Assembly (NCBI GenBank): GCA_030141605.1
Contig: JAQGDQ010001244.1
Span: 1 to 52,569, forward strand
Source of the DNA: Tubiluchus corallicola
Taxonomy: Eukaryota; Animalia; Priapulida
Direction of reading: 5' to 3'
Length of the DNA stretch: 52,569 bases
Within the stretch, counting starts at the first letter, position 1; each line of letters opens with the position of its first letter. A model generated the notes under the pieces. The model was given only the letters and a program-made list of their open reading frames with translations, ran no database searches and was not told the origin of the DNA. Shown here one piece after another: positions 11,046 through 23,739 of this stretch. The position numbers were made by a program, and so were the translations under genes.

Positions 11046-13049
11046 CTAGATCTGGGCCTAACACTGTCATGCAGGATGATACTGTATACCTATTAATAAG
11101 TATTGTTAATCATTCATAGTTATTCCACATACTTTACTTTAATTGAAAAAAGAAAAATCAAACACACAGAAGCATTGGAATCATATTTATAATTTATTAA
11201 TTATTACTTAAAAATGTATTGCAGTTTTCTACAGTTAAACACTGACCGGTGGAAAAGATGAAATTTACGTGTATTTAAAGGGAATAAAAGCGTGTCAAAC
11301 TTTTCAGGTCAGTTTGCTCAGGGATCGAGTGTATCCATGGTATGTAATTTAGACTAACATCTGGTCTAACCACTGAATAACAAATAAATATGAATCTCAA
11401 TACTTATAATTAAAATAGTTTTAATACTAACACCGCAGCTAACACGACTAAGTGACCTCTACTCTGATAACCACAGAACCGAGCATGTCGCGTGCAACGC
11501 TCGCAACGGCGCATTTCACGCAACGCAAAATACTCTGCAGATGTGATTTCTGTTACCCTTCACCACTCTCCTTATCTCGGCACTGGTCCATGGGTACTGG
11601 GCATTGGGCACTGGCACATGTTCCTTGTTACGACATCAAAATGCATTATTTTTGCTAGTTTTCAGAGCATACTTCTACATGCATAGACAAAGACACAGAC
11701 ATACCTAGCTAGTAGCTATTAATGATACCAATAAACCACCAGTCCACCATCGATATAAATACAAGGTATACAAGGAAAGTTCGAAAAGCTTGATGTTCTC
11801 AATTGTCTAAAAAAATCATAAAGACTAGAGATGAAATTAATAACGTTCGCATGTGTTAAAAGCTATAATATTACACTTCTCGGGTATAATATATCTCTGG
11901 AATATTTTTTGCATTAATGTTGTTGTAAGCTATTTCAAAAAATGCTGTTATAATTTCCGATGATTCTAGCTCACTAACAGTAACCCCGTCATCAGCTTCA
12001 ACAATTGTGCTGTTTTTTGATTTACACCTATTGACTTTTCACGGACCACATCTCTGAGTTCTTTTATGATTACAGTAATTCAAATGAAAGATCCTGAGGA
12101 GCAGATCCAAGCTTAGTAACGTAAAAATTTGGCAAGTAAAAAGCCTCATTCATCTGATGATCTTCAGCTGGTCTGGGTGCATTTTAGTCTGTATTTATCC
12201 TTTCAAACGTTGATACATGGGTATGATATCTTTAGAATTTTCCCATTGTGAGTTCATGTCACATTATCACTATAACTTTAAAATGACTTGAAAATGAAAT
12301 CCAAAAATTCTTTCTTGTGACATTGTCGGAGTGTGAGCCATTCTACACAACTATTATGATTACATATAAGCTTTCTACTTAGACCGGTTAATATAATATG
12401 GAGTTGAAACTGCTGAACATACACGTGTGAATGTGTCATACTTAATGCATAAATATAGATCTGCCCATGCAGCCAACCTACAGGTAATATTGTGAGTCCC
12501 ACGTTAAAACACGAATTTAAGACCACAACATTACCAGTGATTGATTGAGCTCTTGGTTGCTTGTACAGAAGAAGTTTTAGAGGTCCAACATTCACTCCGA
12601 CGTTGTCGCTCCACTCTGTCAGAACTCCACTTTGTACACAAACCCACCACTTTTAGTCTTTCGCAGTATGAGAATTTTTTGAGTTGTGAGCATTGTTTAG
12701 TAGCCCTTCTTTGAACAGGTTTACCATACTAGCTTGACCACATATTCATGCTAGACAGCAGCCCATATTAAAAATGCTTGAAATACCATCTACTTTTTTG
12801 GCAATGTGACTGTCAGATATATTGGTTTCAAGTTACTAGTAAAGGTTACATCTAAAATCCGTTTCCTCGTCAGTTGAAACTAACTGGAAGCTTTCCAGGT
12901 AGTCATCGTCACTCATCAGAGAGATTAATTACTATAGCTGACGTGCACTGGTTTGCATTAACCAGGATAAAATAACATTTATTTAGTCAATCTTCAGTCC
13001 CTATGTACAAATGCTCCAGATTGAATTCCTCATTTGTTGAGGCAGACAG

Positions 13050-13340
13050 ACTTCCTTGTTCAAATTTTATAATTGTCTGCAAATTTATATAGGATAACTG
13101 TTATGTTATAATGTCTATGTTGCTAATTTAGACAATGAAAAAGTTTTGCCTAGCACAGGACCTTGCGGCACATATGTCAGGCAGAGGCCATGTGAGTGTG
13201 TATCATGAATGCTAGTCAATTAAGTGAGATGACACACAGCTAGGCTACAAGTTTATAATCGACTCTTAGGTGCTATAGCATGGGCTCTACCAATTTCAAC
13301 TTTACAAATTCTGAGTCAAACAAAAGTCCTATACCAAAGT
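13050..13340 (-). mobile_element. CR1-group LINE RT remnant
   Basis: Minus strand gives VPQGPVLG followed by YKFADNYKI, corresponding to RT motifs GVPQGSVLGP and FADDTK. Heavily mutated. Confidence 0.6.
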
Positions 13341-13800
13341 CAAGGTAAAATGATTTCAATTGGGTTACCAAAATCATTGCAGTCTTAGTTTGTCCTTGAA
13401 CTCTAACAGTGTGCATGCCTATGCAGGATTGATCAGTGTAATAACCATTATTGTGTATTGCAGATCAATTTGTGGTTGTCAGAATATTCATAAACTATAC
13501 TTCTAATTAGAGGAAGCTTTAGAATCACTTTGGAGTGGAAACCTGTGGTTCGTCATTGTGGTCTAGGAACAGGTAAATGTAGCTGTTTATGAAACTGGCT
13601 TTGTAAAATAAGAAATATTTTACGACTGAAATGATTGTCAGTGGGTTAATTGTGACCTTGATGTCAGTGTATTATAATTTTGCAAGCTTGTAACATCAGG
13701 AGTCCAGACTTTGCCAACACTATAGAAATAGATATTATCAGAAAAGCATAATTATACGGTATTATTACATTGTTAATATTTTTATTATAATAATAATTTA

Positions 13801-15337
13801 CGGAAGTGCACCATGCAAAGCTGCACGAAATTTTGGAACTCTTTCTCTTAGAGCCACTGAGAACACTCAAGACCCTTTCCTAAGGACAATATCGAAACCT
13901 CTCCTCCCTTTCCTGCTCTATCTTCATTTCCATACACACCACTGAATAGCACGTACCCCGTCTTACCATGTTGGCAAACTTGCTACACTACCAAATGCCA
14001 AGAATGCCAACCCGCCAAGAATGCCGGGCTGCCAGGAATGTCAAGCTGCCAAGAATGTCAAAACACTAAGAATGCCATGCCGTCAAGAACGCCAAGAATA
14101 CCAAGCCAGATTGATTGACAGATAGACGCATTGGCTGACAAGCAAAACGGATCTTCTTGTAGAAATAATTTTTCAAGCAAACTGTAATGAACATTGGACA
14201 CTCCATTTTTATACTAGACAAAATCTTACAAACTTCAAAACCGCCAGCACTTCCAAGGGGTCTCTGTTTATCTCGGTACCCTATATGATGAATGCAGATA
14301 TGTAAGCAGAGTTTTAAAAAGCTATAATCTTCAAGAGCTCAGAATAGGGGCCAAAATGCATAGCAATCAATGACCCTAAAACTATAGTAACTATAGAGTT
14401 ACGAAACTTGGTGGGTAGACACCTGGGAGTTGGATTAAGGACTTGTGCAATGGTAAAACTTAGTTTATTTATGGGCCAGATCGAGACAGTAATCAAAATG
14501 TAACAATTTGGGCATGCACCTTTAGTTCATGTTAACTCACAAACGCAGAGGGCTGTACGCATGAAACTTACAGACTAGACTTGCTGAGGACCTTGAAAAA
14601 TGTGCGGGGTGAATGGCAACCTCTGTGAAAGGGTAAGGACACTGGACGTTTGCAGGGGCGGATCCAGGATTTTTGAAAGGGAGGGGTCCAAATGCAGAAA
14701 GGCAGATGCAGATGCTGGGGAACCTGTAGGTAACTTCCCCGGCCTCTCAGCTAGGAGGTCTGGGGGCAATGTATTTTCCTGAATTTTAGCCCATTTTAAG
14801 CTTTCTGAGGCATACTTGAAATAGTGAATCAATTTTCTTGACATTTGTGTTTTACTTTGTTGTATTAAGATTTTAAGAACATTAACTTATCTATCTTTTA
14901 TTGATTAAGTTTGTTTTCTTAGAGGCTTGGCGTTTTCAGCATTCTTAATTAGCAGCCTGGCGTTCTTGGCATTCTTGGCAGCTAGGCATTCTTGGCTTTC
15001 TTGCTGTTCTTGGCAGCTTGGAATTCTTGGCATTCTTGGCAGCTTGGTATTGTTGGCAGCTTAGCCACATTGGTGGCTTGGTGTTCTTGGCAGCTTAGTG
15101 TTCTTGGCGGCTTGGTGTTCTTGGCATTCTTGGTGGCTTGGTGTTCCTGGCAGCTTGTCACTCTTAGCAGTTTAGCTAGGATGTATTGTAGAAAGGAGGG
15201 AAGGAAAGCATTGTAATGTTGTAAGAGGGGGAGGTTTCGGTAATTGTCATTAGGAGCAGGTCATGAATGTGATCTGGGGTCTGTGGCAGTCTATAAAGAG
15301 AGTTCCAAAATTTCCGGCTTTGCTTGGTGCACTTCCC
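13801..15337. mobile_element. Foldback-type non-autonomous DNA transposon (Merlin- or MULE-like) with long modular TIRs
   Basis: Termini CGGAAGTGCACCATGCAAAGC / reverse complement GGGAAGTGCACCAAGCAAAGC. Exact 8-bp TSD ATAATTTA at 13793-13800 and 15338-15345. The arms carry GCCAAGAAT-type tandem subrepeats (~13985-14108 and, inverted, ~14925-15175). Confidence 0.82.
14653..14850 (+). mobile_element. Truncated hAT-MITE-like fragment inside the foldback element
   Basis: Begins CAGGGGCGGATCCAGGATTTTT, a common invertebrate MITE terminus. No matching right end was found. Confidence 0.45.
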
Positions 15338-15384
15338 ATAATTTAAATGTGTTAGACCATTACCATGGGCAAAGACGATCACGA

Positions 15385-17596
15385 CAAAGAATATAAACCA
15401 CAGAAAGTAGGGAATACTACTGCCCAGTAGTTCGTGCAGTTAGTGTCGCCCTAGCGGCAGACCATTACGGACTGTTGTTGTCAGGTACGCTACAGTGCAG
15501 CTGTTCGCTGTAGGCACACCGGTGTGTACTGTAGCAGATGAATTGATGAGACCACCAAAGGCAGGCTAGTCGACAGGCGTATTGCTCAGCAGTGAGTTGC
15601 AAAAACATAAATAAAATCTTTTTAAATTTCCCGAGGATGCAGTCAGGTAATTATAACAAAATGCTAATTATAACACCGTTTTGTAACTTTTATTACAAGT
15701 TAAATATATGTACACTAGGCAAAGACTGCAAGGCCTACACCTGTCTTTGGCGATTTATAGCAGCTGTTATATTTTTGAATTTTTTTAAAGCAAGCATATG
15801 GCCCTAAGAATAATTAGTAGTTAAAATAAAAACTATTATATTCGTATCTCATGAAAATTAATAGGCTTATTTGCAAAAGAATTTAAAAAAGTTGATCATA
15901 GAGAAAGTTTGCAAATACCTGGCTCAATTTTTCTAAAAAAACAATCCTATTTAATATATGTTTTTATCAGGAAATATAACTTGAAGAAATATTATGACTG
16001 ATTTTCGTGTGTAATACCTTCCATAGAAAAAAAATCGATTTTTTCAGTAGAGCAAATAATTTTTCCAGATCAAAACTTAATATAAGCATCTGCATTTTTT
16101 GTTAATTTCAAGTTAAAAGATGTTTAAAAAACATATAATCACACATTGGCCATTGTTATGAGTTGGAGTTGGTTATAAAATCACGTTGAACAAACGGGGA
16201 TGCATTTTCAACATTACTCCTCTTTTTTATTATAAGTGAACAAAAAATAACAAAACGAAACATCAGAGCTGTCATCCATTTCTTCCACCTCTATAGCAAC
16301 CAACTAACTAGGTCAAAATCAAGTTACGGAATTCAGGTGAGAAGCCAACCTGGCGCATAAATTAGAATCGGTAGGCGTCATAACACTTTATATATCATGT
16401 GTAGACGTCACTTGTATTTAGTCTATTTTTTAAGATTCAATTTGGCTTACATCAAAATAAGTGTTCATTAAATACAGTTTGTTTACGTGTAAAAAATGTA
16501 CTTGTATAAGCGTACAAATAAAACACCTGTGGCTAAATCCACTGACAAGTCTTGATAAACATTATTTATTAATGGACTTAAATTAATTGATTTTATACAG
16601 GCCTAGTTGCTAAGGACAATCATTTTACATAGTTAAATATATAGGCTCAGCTTCATAGAATCCTTGTATGTAATAATGCATACATCATACATGTATGTGA
16701 GTGTGTGTGCATGGGTGTATCAAGACATTGCGGCGCCCTAGGCTGGCAGTTTAGTCCTACTCATCTCTACTACTGTAATGATTATTTATATGTGAAGCAC
16801 TGTATGCAATTACGTGTTGGGTGCATGCGTGCATGTGCAAATTATTTATATACAAACCTACAATATAATATATGTGTAATTATATAGAATAATTGCAGGG
16901 CACGTAAATGGGTGCAATTTTTAATGTACCAAATCCGCCACCTCGCATTGGAGTGAAACGACCAAGAAACAAATGGCAGAACCTTCAACAAAAGGAAAAG
17001 AAGGATCTCTCTCTCTCTTTGTTGGCCTCTCTACCTCCCTCCCTCCCTCTCTCTGCCTCTCTCTCTCTCTCTCTGTGTCTGTCTCTCTCCCTCTCTGCCT
17101 CCCCCCTCTCTCTCTCTCTCACTCCCTCCCTCTCTTTCCCTCAAAGAGAGGGAGGGAGAGAAAAATCAATAAATCAATAAAAAATGCATTACTTTTTTAC
17201 AAAGTAGGCAGCCCGTCACGAAGTCAGCTAGCCTCTTTCCTCAGGAAGAACAATAAAATTTTACTTACAAGAAAACTGGAGAAGTATTTGCAAGTACATA
17301 ATACAAACTTATTACTACAACTGTTTTTCGTTTTCATGATGTGTTTTAGTTTTATAAAACAAATAATTGCTTTTATTTGAAATATTCTTCTTTTATTAAA
17401 AGCGCAAAAGTGTTTTTGTCTTATCAAAATTGCACGTATGCCAACACAACCTGTGAACTTAAGAATATTATTATTACAGTCAATGTGCCGCTCAAAATTG
17501 TTTAATGATTCGCCGTTTGATGCCGCTAGCATAGCCGCTAATCGCAAAAACGAAATACGTAACAATAACTCCGTCACTTCCGCTTTCTACACTTTG
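15385..17596 (+). mobile_element. Non-autonomous P-superfamily-like DNA transposon, copy A (2212 bp)
   Basis: Ends CAAAGAATATAAA ... TTTCTACACTTTG (imperfect ~13-bp TIR, CANRG terminus). Flanked by a 7-bp direct repeat ATCACGA (15378-15384, 17597-17603). No transposase ORF. Strand is arbitrary. Confidence 0.8.
16997..17160. repeat. CT-rich low-complexity tract within copy A (mirrored by the GA-rich tract at ~18050-18210 in copy B)
   Basis: Visible (CT)n/CTCC runs. Confidence 0.9.
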
Positions 17597-17607
17597 ATCA
17601 CGATGTG

Positions 17608-20429
17608 CAAAGTGTACAAAGAGGAAGTGACGAAATTATTGTTACGTATTTCGTTTTTGCGATTAGCGGCTATGCTGGCGGCATCAAACGGCGAAAAAAC
17701 AGTAAAAACAGTAAAAAAAAAATTGCGGCGCATTGACTGTAATAATAATATTCTTAAGTTCACCAATAATGTTGGCATACGCTCAATTTTGATAAGCTAA
17801 AATCACTTTTGCGTTTTTAATAAAAGAAGTACATCTCAATTAAAAGCAATTATTAGTTTAAAAAAAACTGAAAACATTTCATGAAAAGGAAAAAAAATCG
17901 TAGCAATAAGTTTGTATTATGTACTTGCAAATGCTTCTTCAGTTTTCTTGTAAGTAAAATTTTATTGTTTTTCCTGAGGAAAGAGGCTAGCTGACTGTGT
18001 GATGGGCTCTACTATGTAAAAAAGTAATGCATTTTTTATTAATTCATTGATTTATCTCTCCCTCCCTCTCTTAGAGAGAAAGAGAGGAAGGGAGAGAGAG
18101 AAAGAGAGAGGGAGAGGAAGAGAAACGGTGAAAGGGAGGGAAAGAGAAAGAAAGAGAGAGACAGAGAGAGGAGAGGGGAGAGAGACAGAGACACACAGAG
18201 AGAGAGAGATCCTTCTTTTCCGTTTGTTGAAGGTTCTGCCATTTGTTTCTTGGTCATTTTACTCCAATGCGAGGTAGCGAATTTGGCACATTAAAAATTG
18301 CACCCATTTACGTGCCCTGCAATTAATCTATATAATTACACATATATTATATTGTAGGTTTATATTATATTAATATAGTATATTATAATATAATATAATA
18401 TAATATAGTATAATATAATATATTAGTATATTATATAAATAATTCGCACACACACGCATGCACACAACAAGTAATTGCATGATACAGTGCTTCATATATT
18501 CAATTCAATTCAAAGCGTGCATTTATTTCCATATTCATGATATAACTGAGGCAAGTAAATGTATTTAATTTTCACAATGGAAATGTGATGGTGAAAGACC
18601 ATGAGGGTCAACTAGTCAAGCCATCCTTCAATGGATGTATATGATTATGGGGATGACACTGTAACTATTTCACTCATGAATAGTAGTGAAATTACATTAT
18701 TACTATTTTACTTAGCAACTTGATCTGTTTAAAATTCTCTAATCAACTTTAAATAACTGAAGGATGAAAATGCAATCAAAGATATCTAAACATACAGGAA
18801 AATGATAAACGAAAAGCAATGGTGAGCCAAATAATGTGGTACAATTGAATAAAAAATGATCAAAGTTCAAGCTGTCATATCGTCCATGCATAACTCACTA
18901 TGAGAAAACCATGCAAAATAATAACAATAATACTAAATAAAAAATAATAAAAAACAAATTAAATAAAATGAAAAGCAAGCTAGCCAAACAGAAATTTAAA
19001 TAAACTTTCAAATAGGGAACTGAATCAAGCTGCAAAATACATGCATTAAAATTATAACTAAAGAGTCTGATTAATAAACAAAACAAAAGAAAAACAAATA
19101 AGATCAGCTAAGTTTGAGTCAAATACCGAAAATTAGATTCTATTAAGCTGCGCCTATATGTTCAACTATATAAAATGATTGCCCTTGGCACCTAGGCCTG
19201 TATAAAATCAATTAATTTAAGCCCATCAATAAATAATATTTATCAAGACTTGTCAGTGGATTTAGCCACAGGTGTTTTATTAGTACGTTTATACAAGTAC
19301 ATTTTTTACACGTAAGCAAACTGTATTTAATGAACATTTATTTTGATGTAAGCCTAACTGAATCTTAAAAAATTAGGCTAAATATAAGTAATGTCTATAC
19401 ATGATATATAAGGTGTAATGACACGCATGCAGTTCAAATCTATGCGCCAGGTTGGCTTCTCGCCTGAATTCTGTAACTAGCTTTTGACCTAGTTAGTTGG
19501 TTGTTATAGAGGTGGAAGTAATGTCGGCTGCTTAGGATGACAGCTCTGATGTTTCGTTCAGTTATTTTTTGTTCACTAATAATAAAAAAGAGGAGTAATG
19601 TCGTAAATGCATCTCTGTGTGTTCAACGTCATTTTATAGTCAACTCATAACAAAGGCCAGTGTATGATTATATGCTTTTTAAACATTTTTTAACTGGAAT
19701 TAACAAAACATGCAGATGCTTAGATTAAGTTTTGTTCTGGAAAATTATTTGCTCTTCTGAAAAAATCGATTTTTTTTCTATGAAAGGTATTACACATGAA
19801 AGTCAGGCCTAATATTTCTTCAAGTTATATTTCCTGATAAGAACATATTAAATAGGAATGTTTTTTAGAAAAAATATTTCTCCAGAAATCGAATACTACA
19901 TGAGCCAGGTATTTGCAAACTTTCTTTTTGATCAACTTTCTTAACTTTTGTAAATAAGCCTATTAATTTTATGAGATATGATTATAATAATTTTTATTTT
20001 AACTACTAATTATTCTTAATGCCTTATGCTTGCTTTAACTAATATTCAAAAATATAACAGCTGCTATAAATCGCCAAAGGGAGATGTAGGCCTTGCAGTC
20101 TTTGCTTAGTGTACAAAATATTTAACTTGTAACAAAAGTTACAAAACTGTGTTATAATTAACATTTCATTATAATTACCTGGCTGCATCCTTGCGAAATT
20201 TAAAAAGATATTTTATTTGTGTTTTTGCAACTCACTGCTGAGCAATTTATGAGCGCCTGTTAACCGGCCTGGTTTTGATGGTCTCATCAATTCATCTGCT
20301 ACAGTACCCACAGCTTGCGCTGTTGCGTACCTGACAACAACAGTCCGTACTGAACTGCCGCTAGGGCGACATTAACTGCGCGAAGTACTGCGCAGCAGGT
20401 TCCCTACTTTCTGTGGTTTGTATTCTTTG
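17608..20429 (-). mobile_element. Non-autonomous P-superfamily-like DNA transposon, copy B (inverted relative to A)
   Basis: Reverse complement aligns with 15385-17596 along its length. Ends CAAAGTGTACAAA ... TTTGTATTCTTTG. Flanked by an exact 8-bp direct repeat ACGATGTG (17600-17607, 20430-20437). Confidence 0.8.
18499..19135 (-). mobile_element. LINE (L2/CR1-like) 3'-end insertion within copy B
   Basis: Segment absent from copy A. On the minus strand it ends AATAAATGCACGCTTTGAATTGAATTGAA, a polyA signal plus (TTGAA)n tail typical of CR1/L2-group 3' ends. Confidence 0.6.
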
Positions 20430-22149
20430 ACGATGTGTTTTGTAAACAAAATCACTTAAAAGATTTCCCATGTTCCTGTTCCTTAATCTTGGAAAAAATG
20501 AAATATATGGTTGTTTTGTGAGAAGTAGTAATTTCTTTGCGACCTTGTTTTTAAATATCTTAGTAAATTCTGATGACGAACTGATCTGCATTAATGTGAG
20601 ATTTGATCATTTGTATATTTTTAACGTTGAATTGAAGCATTGAATACTGACGTTAAATTGTTTTATCGATTAATTCTTGTCCATGGCAAGTGTCACCGTG
20701 GTGTTATTCTTAATCATTCATTTATGGCTTGAGTCGTGAAACGTGAACTTAGCCGTGCCCTGCTATCTTTTTTCTAATATGTAAGCACTTTTCATTTCAC
20801 TTGTTCACTTCGATTGCATAGTCACAGATGTTTTTACTAATTTTGAACGTAATCAGTAATTAGTTTCAGGCATAGCCAGCTTGGTCAGGCTAGTTTAATA
20901 CATTTGCCTGTTTTGGCGCATACTTGGCCTGCCATCTTTCCTAGCAGATATTGCTCTGTCATGTGCATATAGGGTGGCATATTGTGTAGGGGTTATGTAG
21001 TATGTTTACTAATACACATAATATATTTTATCATATGACAAACGTATGAATTATGGGTGCTTTGATGACTCGATTTACAATCACTGAGAATTTTTATGCA
21101 AAAATACAGTTTACTTTGAATCCAAAGGCCCCCATTTTGTCTAAAATTGCGACAGTTGTGTGCTTGCAAACCATCCATGAGTCGGCGTAGTTAAAACTAT
21201 GTTATGATGTTTCAAAGTAGAATGACCCAAAAATTTCGTCAAATGTCAGTTTTTTGTAGTTTGTGCGAACTAACACTAAATATATTGAACTTTTAAATTG
21301 TAACATCAAATTATCAAGAAAGTGTTCAAAAAAACACTAACAATTTAATTTTATAACTCCTTATCCACTTTCTGTCTATAAACTAGTAATGCAATTGTAA
21401 AAAAATTCTATTTTCAAACTGCGATTGTAGATCGTGGAAGCTATCATTTTGCTTCTGTTTTTTTCTGTTACCCAGCCCAGATCTTCGCCGGGAAGAGCCA
21501 TCTACTGAATTTAAACATAACTTCTATGTGTTCTTGCAAAGTCCGTGGCAACCAACATTTGTGCGGTTACTAAGTGTTTTGTAGAAACGGGACAAAAAAC
21601 AATGGCTAACTTTAACAGCAATTTTCTTAAGATTATGTTTTTCAGTGCGTAGCCTGCCCTTACTTCAATGTGGATTATCTCAGCTTAGAAGTACAGAGCA
21701 ATGAGCTTGGAATCAAAATGATCCTCATGAAATGGAAATTCAGGATATATGAATAACTAGAAAAACTTAATCGCTGACTTATGGACAATTTTACTATCCA
21801 AGCACACAATTGATTAATTGATTTTCTGCTGACGTAGTAGTAGTACTGTAATAGTAAAGATTTTATTTATTTATATTACTTTACAAAAGAATAACATTAG
21901 CCGATGGCTATTTTCTGACAGTTTAAAGTAAAAGAAACTAAATAAAAAAATTTAAAACAATGCGCACAATGTGAGAAATTAAAAACACGTTTTTTGCTGT
22001 GCATTCTAGGGCCGTCTGTGGTCAGTAACACTTTTTTTAAAAATACAAGCCATGTATTGTGTTTATTGTGTGTACAAACACAGCATAAGAGTCTCCTGAC
22101 AAATTGGCTGCACCACAAACTGTTTTACTTAAAATTTAATGGAGTAGCT

Positions 22150-22450
22150 ACTAGAGCTGTAACGATACACCTAGGTCATTATACGTTTCATAATACTAAC
22201 CTCACGATACACCACACATTGCAGTGGCATTACTTAGGGAACATTTTCTTAACTTCGGCAAATGAGGGTTCATTAACTAGGGATGGTATTATTGTCGACA
22301 TAATTCCAGAGTTTATTTGGCTAATTTGGGAGAAAAAGAGGTTGTTTACGAAAGCATTAAAACACGGAGGGTCGAGAACGGACCCTTGCAGGACTTCTTT
22401 CATGTACACGCTCAGGAGTTTGTTCGACAAATCCACAACTCATGTCAAAT
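22150..22450 (-). mobile_element. CR1-group LINE RT remnant
   Basis: VLQGSVLDPPCFNAFVNNLF (equivalent to GVPQGSVLGPLLFNIFINDLF), then NYVDNNT (equivalent to NYADDNT) after a frameshift. Confidence 0.75.
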
Positions 22451-23739
22451 GAGCATTTGAATACTTCCTGATGCCTAGCTTAACATATTTTTGTGTAATT
22501 GGATATTATGCTCTGTCTACTTTTCAATTCAACTTTAAAGGTAAAAGGATCCCACAGTCCACAGTGCCAGTCTTTGCATTGTTGAAATGGCACTTTGAAA
22601 TGTTTTTGTACACACTTCATAAAAAGTGCTAAGACTTCGTAATGAGTGACTGGATCACGATCAGATATCTGGTACTTATCTTCACTGGGGAAATACTGAC
22701 ACAGTAACGGAAAATTTGAGTTTTCCCCTTTCAGGGGCGCTTTTGGAGGTAACTGTTTGAGTTTCAAAGTGCTACTTCTTAGCTATTTTTTGTGAAATTG
22801 AATGTTGTTTTTGGTGCTCATGGTGCATGTGCGTAGGCCTACCAAAAATCATAACAAGTTTCTATTTTCTTCCATTAAGGTTTTGGTGGGGTAATGGCTG
22901 GTGCATGTACTGTTGAAGGATTTTATTTCAATCATTGTAGTCTTATTTTATCAAATACTTCACTTAAAGCCAAAATTCTTTAAACACCAAAGATTTCTGC
23001 TGTGGAACTCATTATCAGACCAACTAAAATCAATAATTACAATAACTTAGTTCTAAATTACTAAAACAACTTATTGCTGATTTACAACTGCATGATATAA
23101 ATATCTCTTACATTTGGTTCCTGATGTCTCATTATTTTTAATTCAGAATTTCAGCAAATTAAGTAATTTTGTATGTTTTACTTCATAATCTTTTGTGATA
23201 ATTTTGCTTCTGACAAAATGCACAAAATTGTTTTAGAACAGCTTGGGGTATGTTCTGTTTTGGTTGCATTTGTTCCCTTGGTTCTTGTTATTATTTATTT
23301 TAAGTTATGCATTTAGATATACATCCTTATATATACATCATTTTTCTTTAATACGCACATTTTCAATTTTGTTTATTTGTTTAATTTATATTTAATTTAG
23401 TTTTTGATTGGTTTAATTCATTATTATCTCTTTCTTGATATCTTCAGTTCTTTTTAGATTTGTAAAATTTTAACAGTATTGCCTCACATTTGTGATAGGA
23501 TAAATTGATAAATTGTGGAAATGAACTGATAAAGTAAAAAAGAACTACAATAGGGCCTCAGTTATCCAGACAGTCCAGTTCTAAGCGGTCAAAAACTTCC
23601 GAATAGTTGAGAAAGTCTGGATGATCAAATTTAACTGGTTTTGCTTATTCAAAGCTTGCCATATCAATTTATCAAGGCCTTGGCATATTGCGAATTAACT
23701 TTGAATCTCAAACTGGTTGCAAGTTTCCACTTTAGTGGC

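Noticed and set aside
13985-15216. GCCAAGAAT repeats as a CRISPR array or coding repeat (ORF 14992..15216)
   Set aside because: No unique spacers, no cas genes, eukaryotic context; they are TIR subrepeats of the foldback element.
16908-18277. Mirror-image ORFs around the palindrome centre (e.g. 17438..17800 + and 17587..17778 -)
   Set aside because: They arise from inverted symmetry and CT/GA tracts. No THAP or transposase motifs.
15385-20429. Palindrome as an assembly/chimeric-read artefact or as one single foldback element
   Set aside because: The arms differ by many substitutions and indels, and each arm has its own TSD while the outer flanks share no common TSD.
20814-20835. TTGCATAGTCACA, matching the 5' part of miR-153
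   Set aside because: The match stops after 13 nt and no complementary star arm is present upstream.
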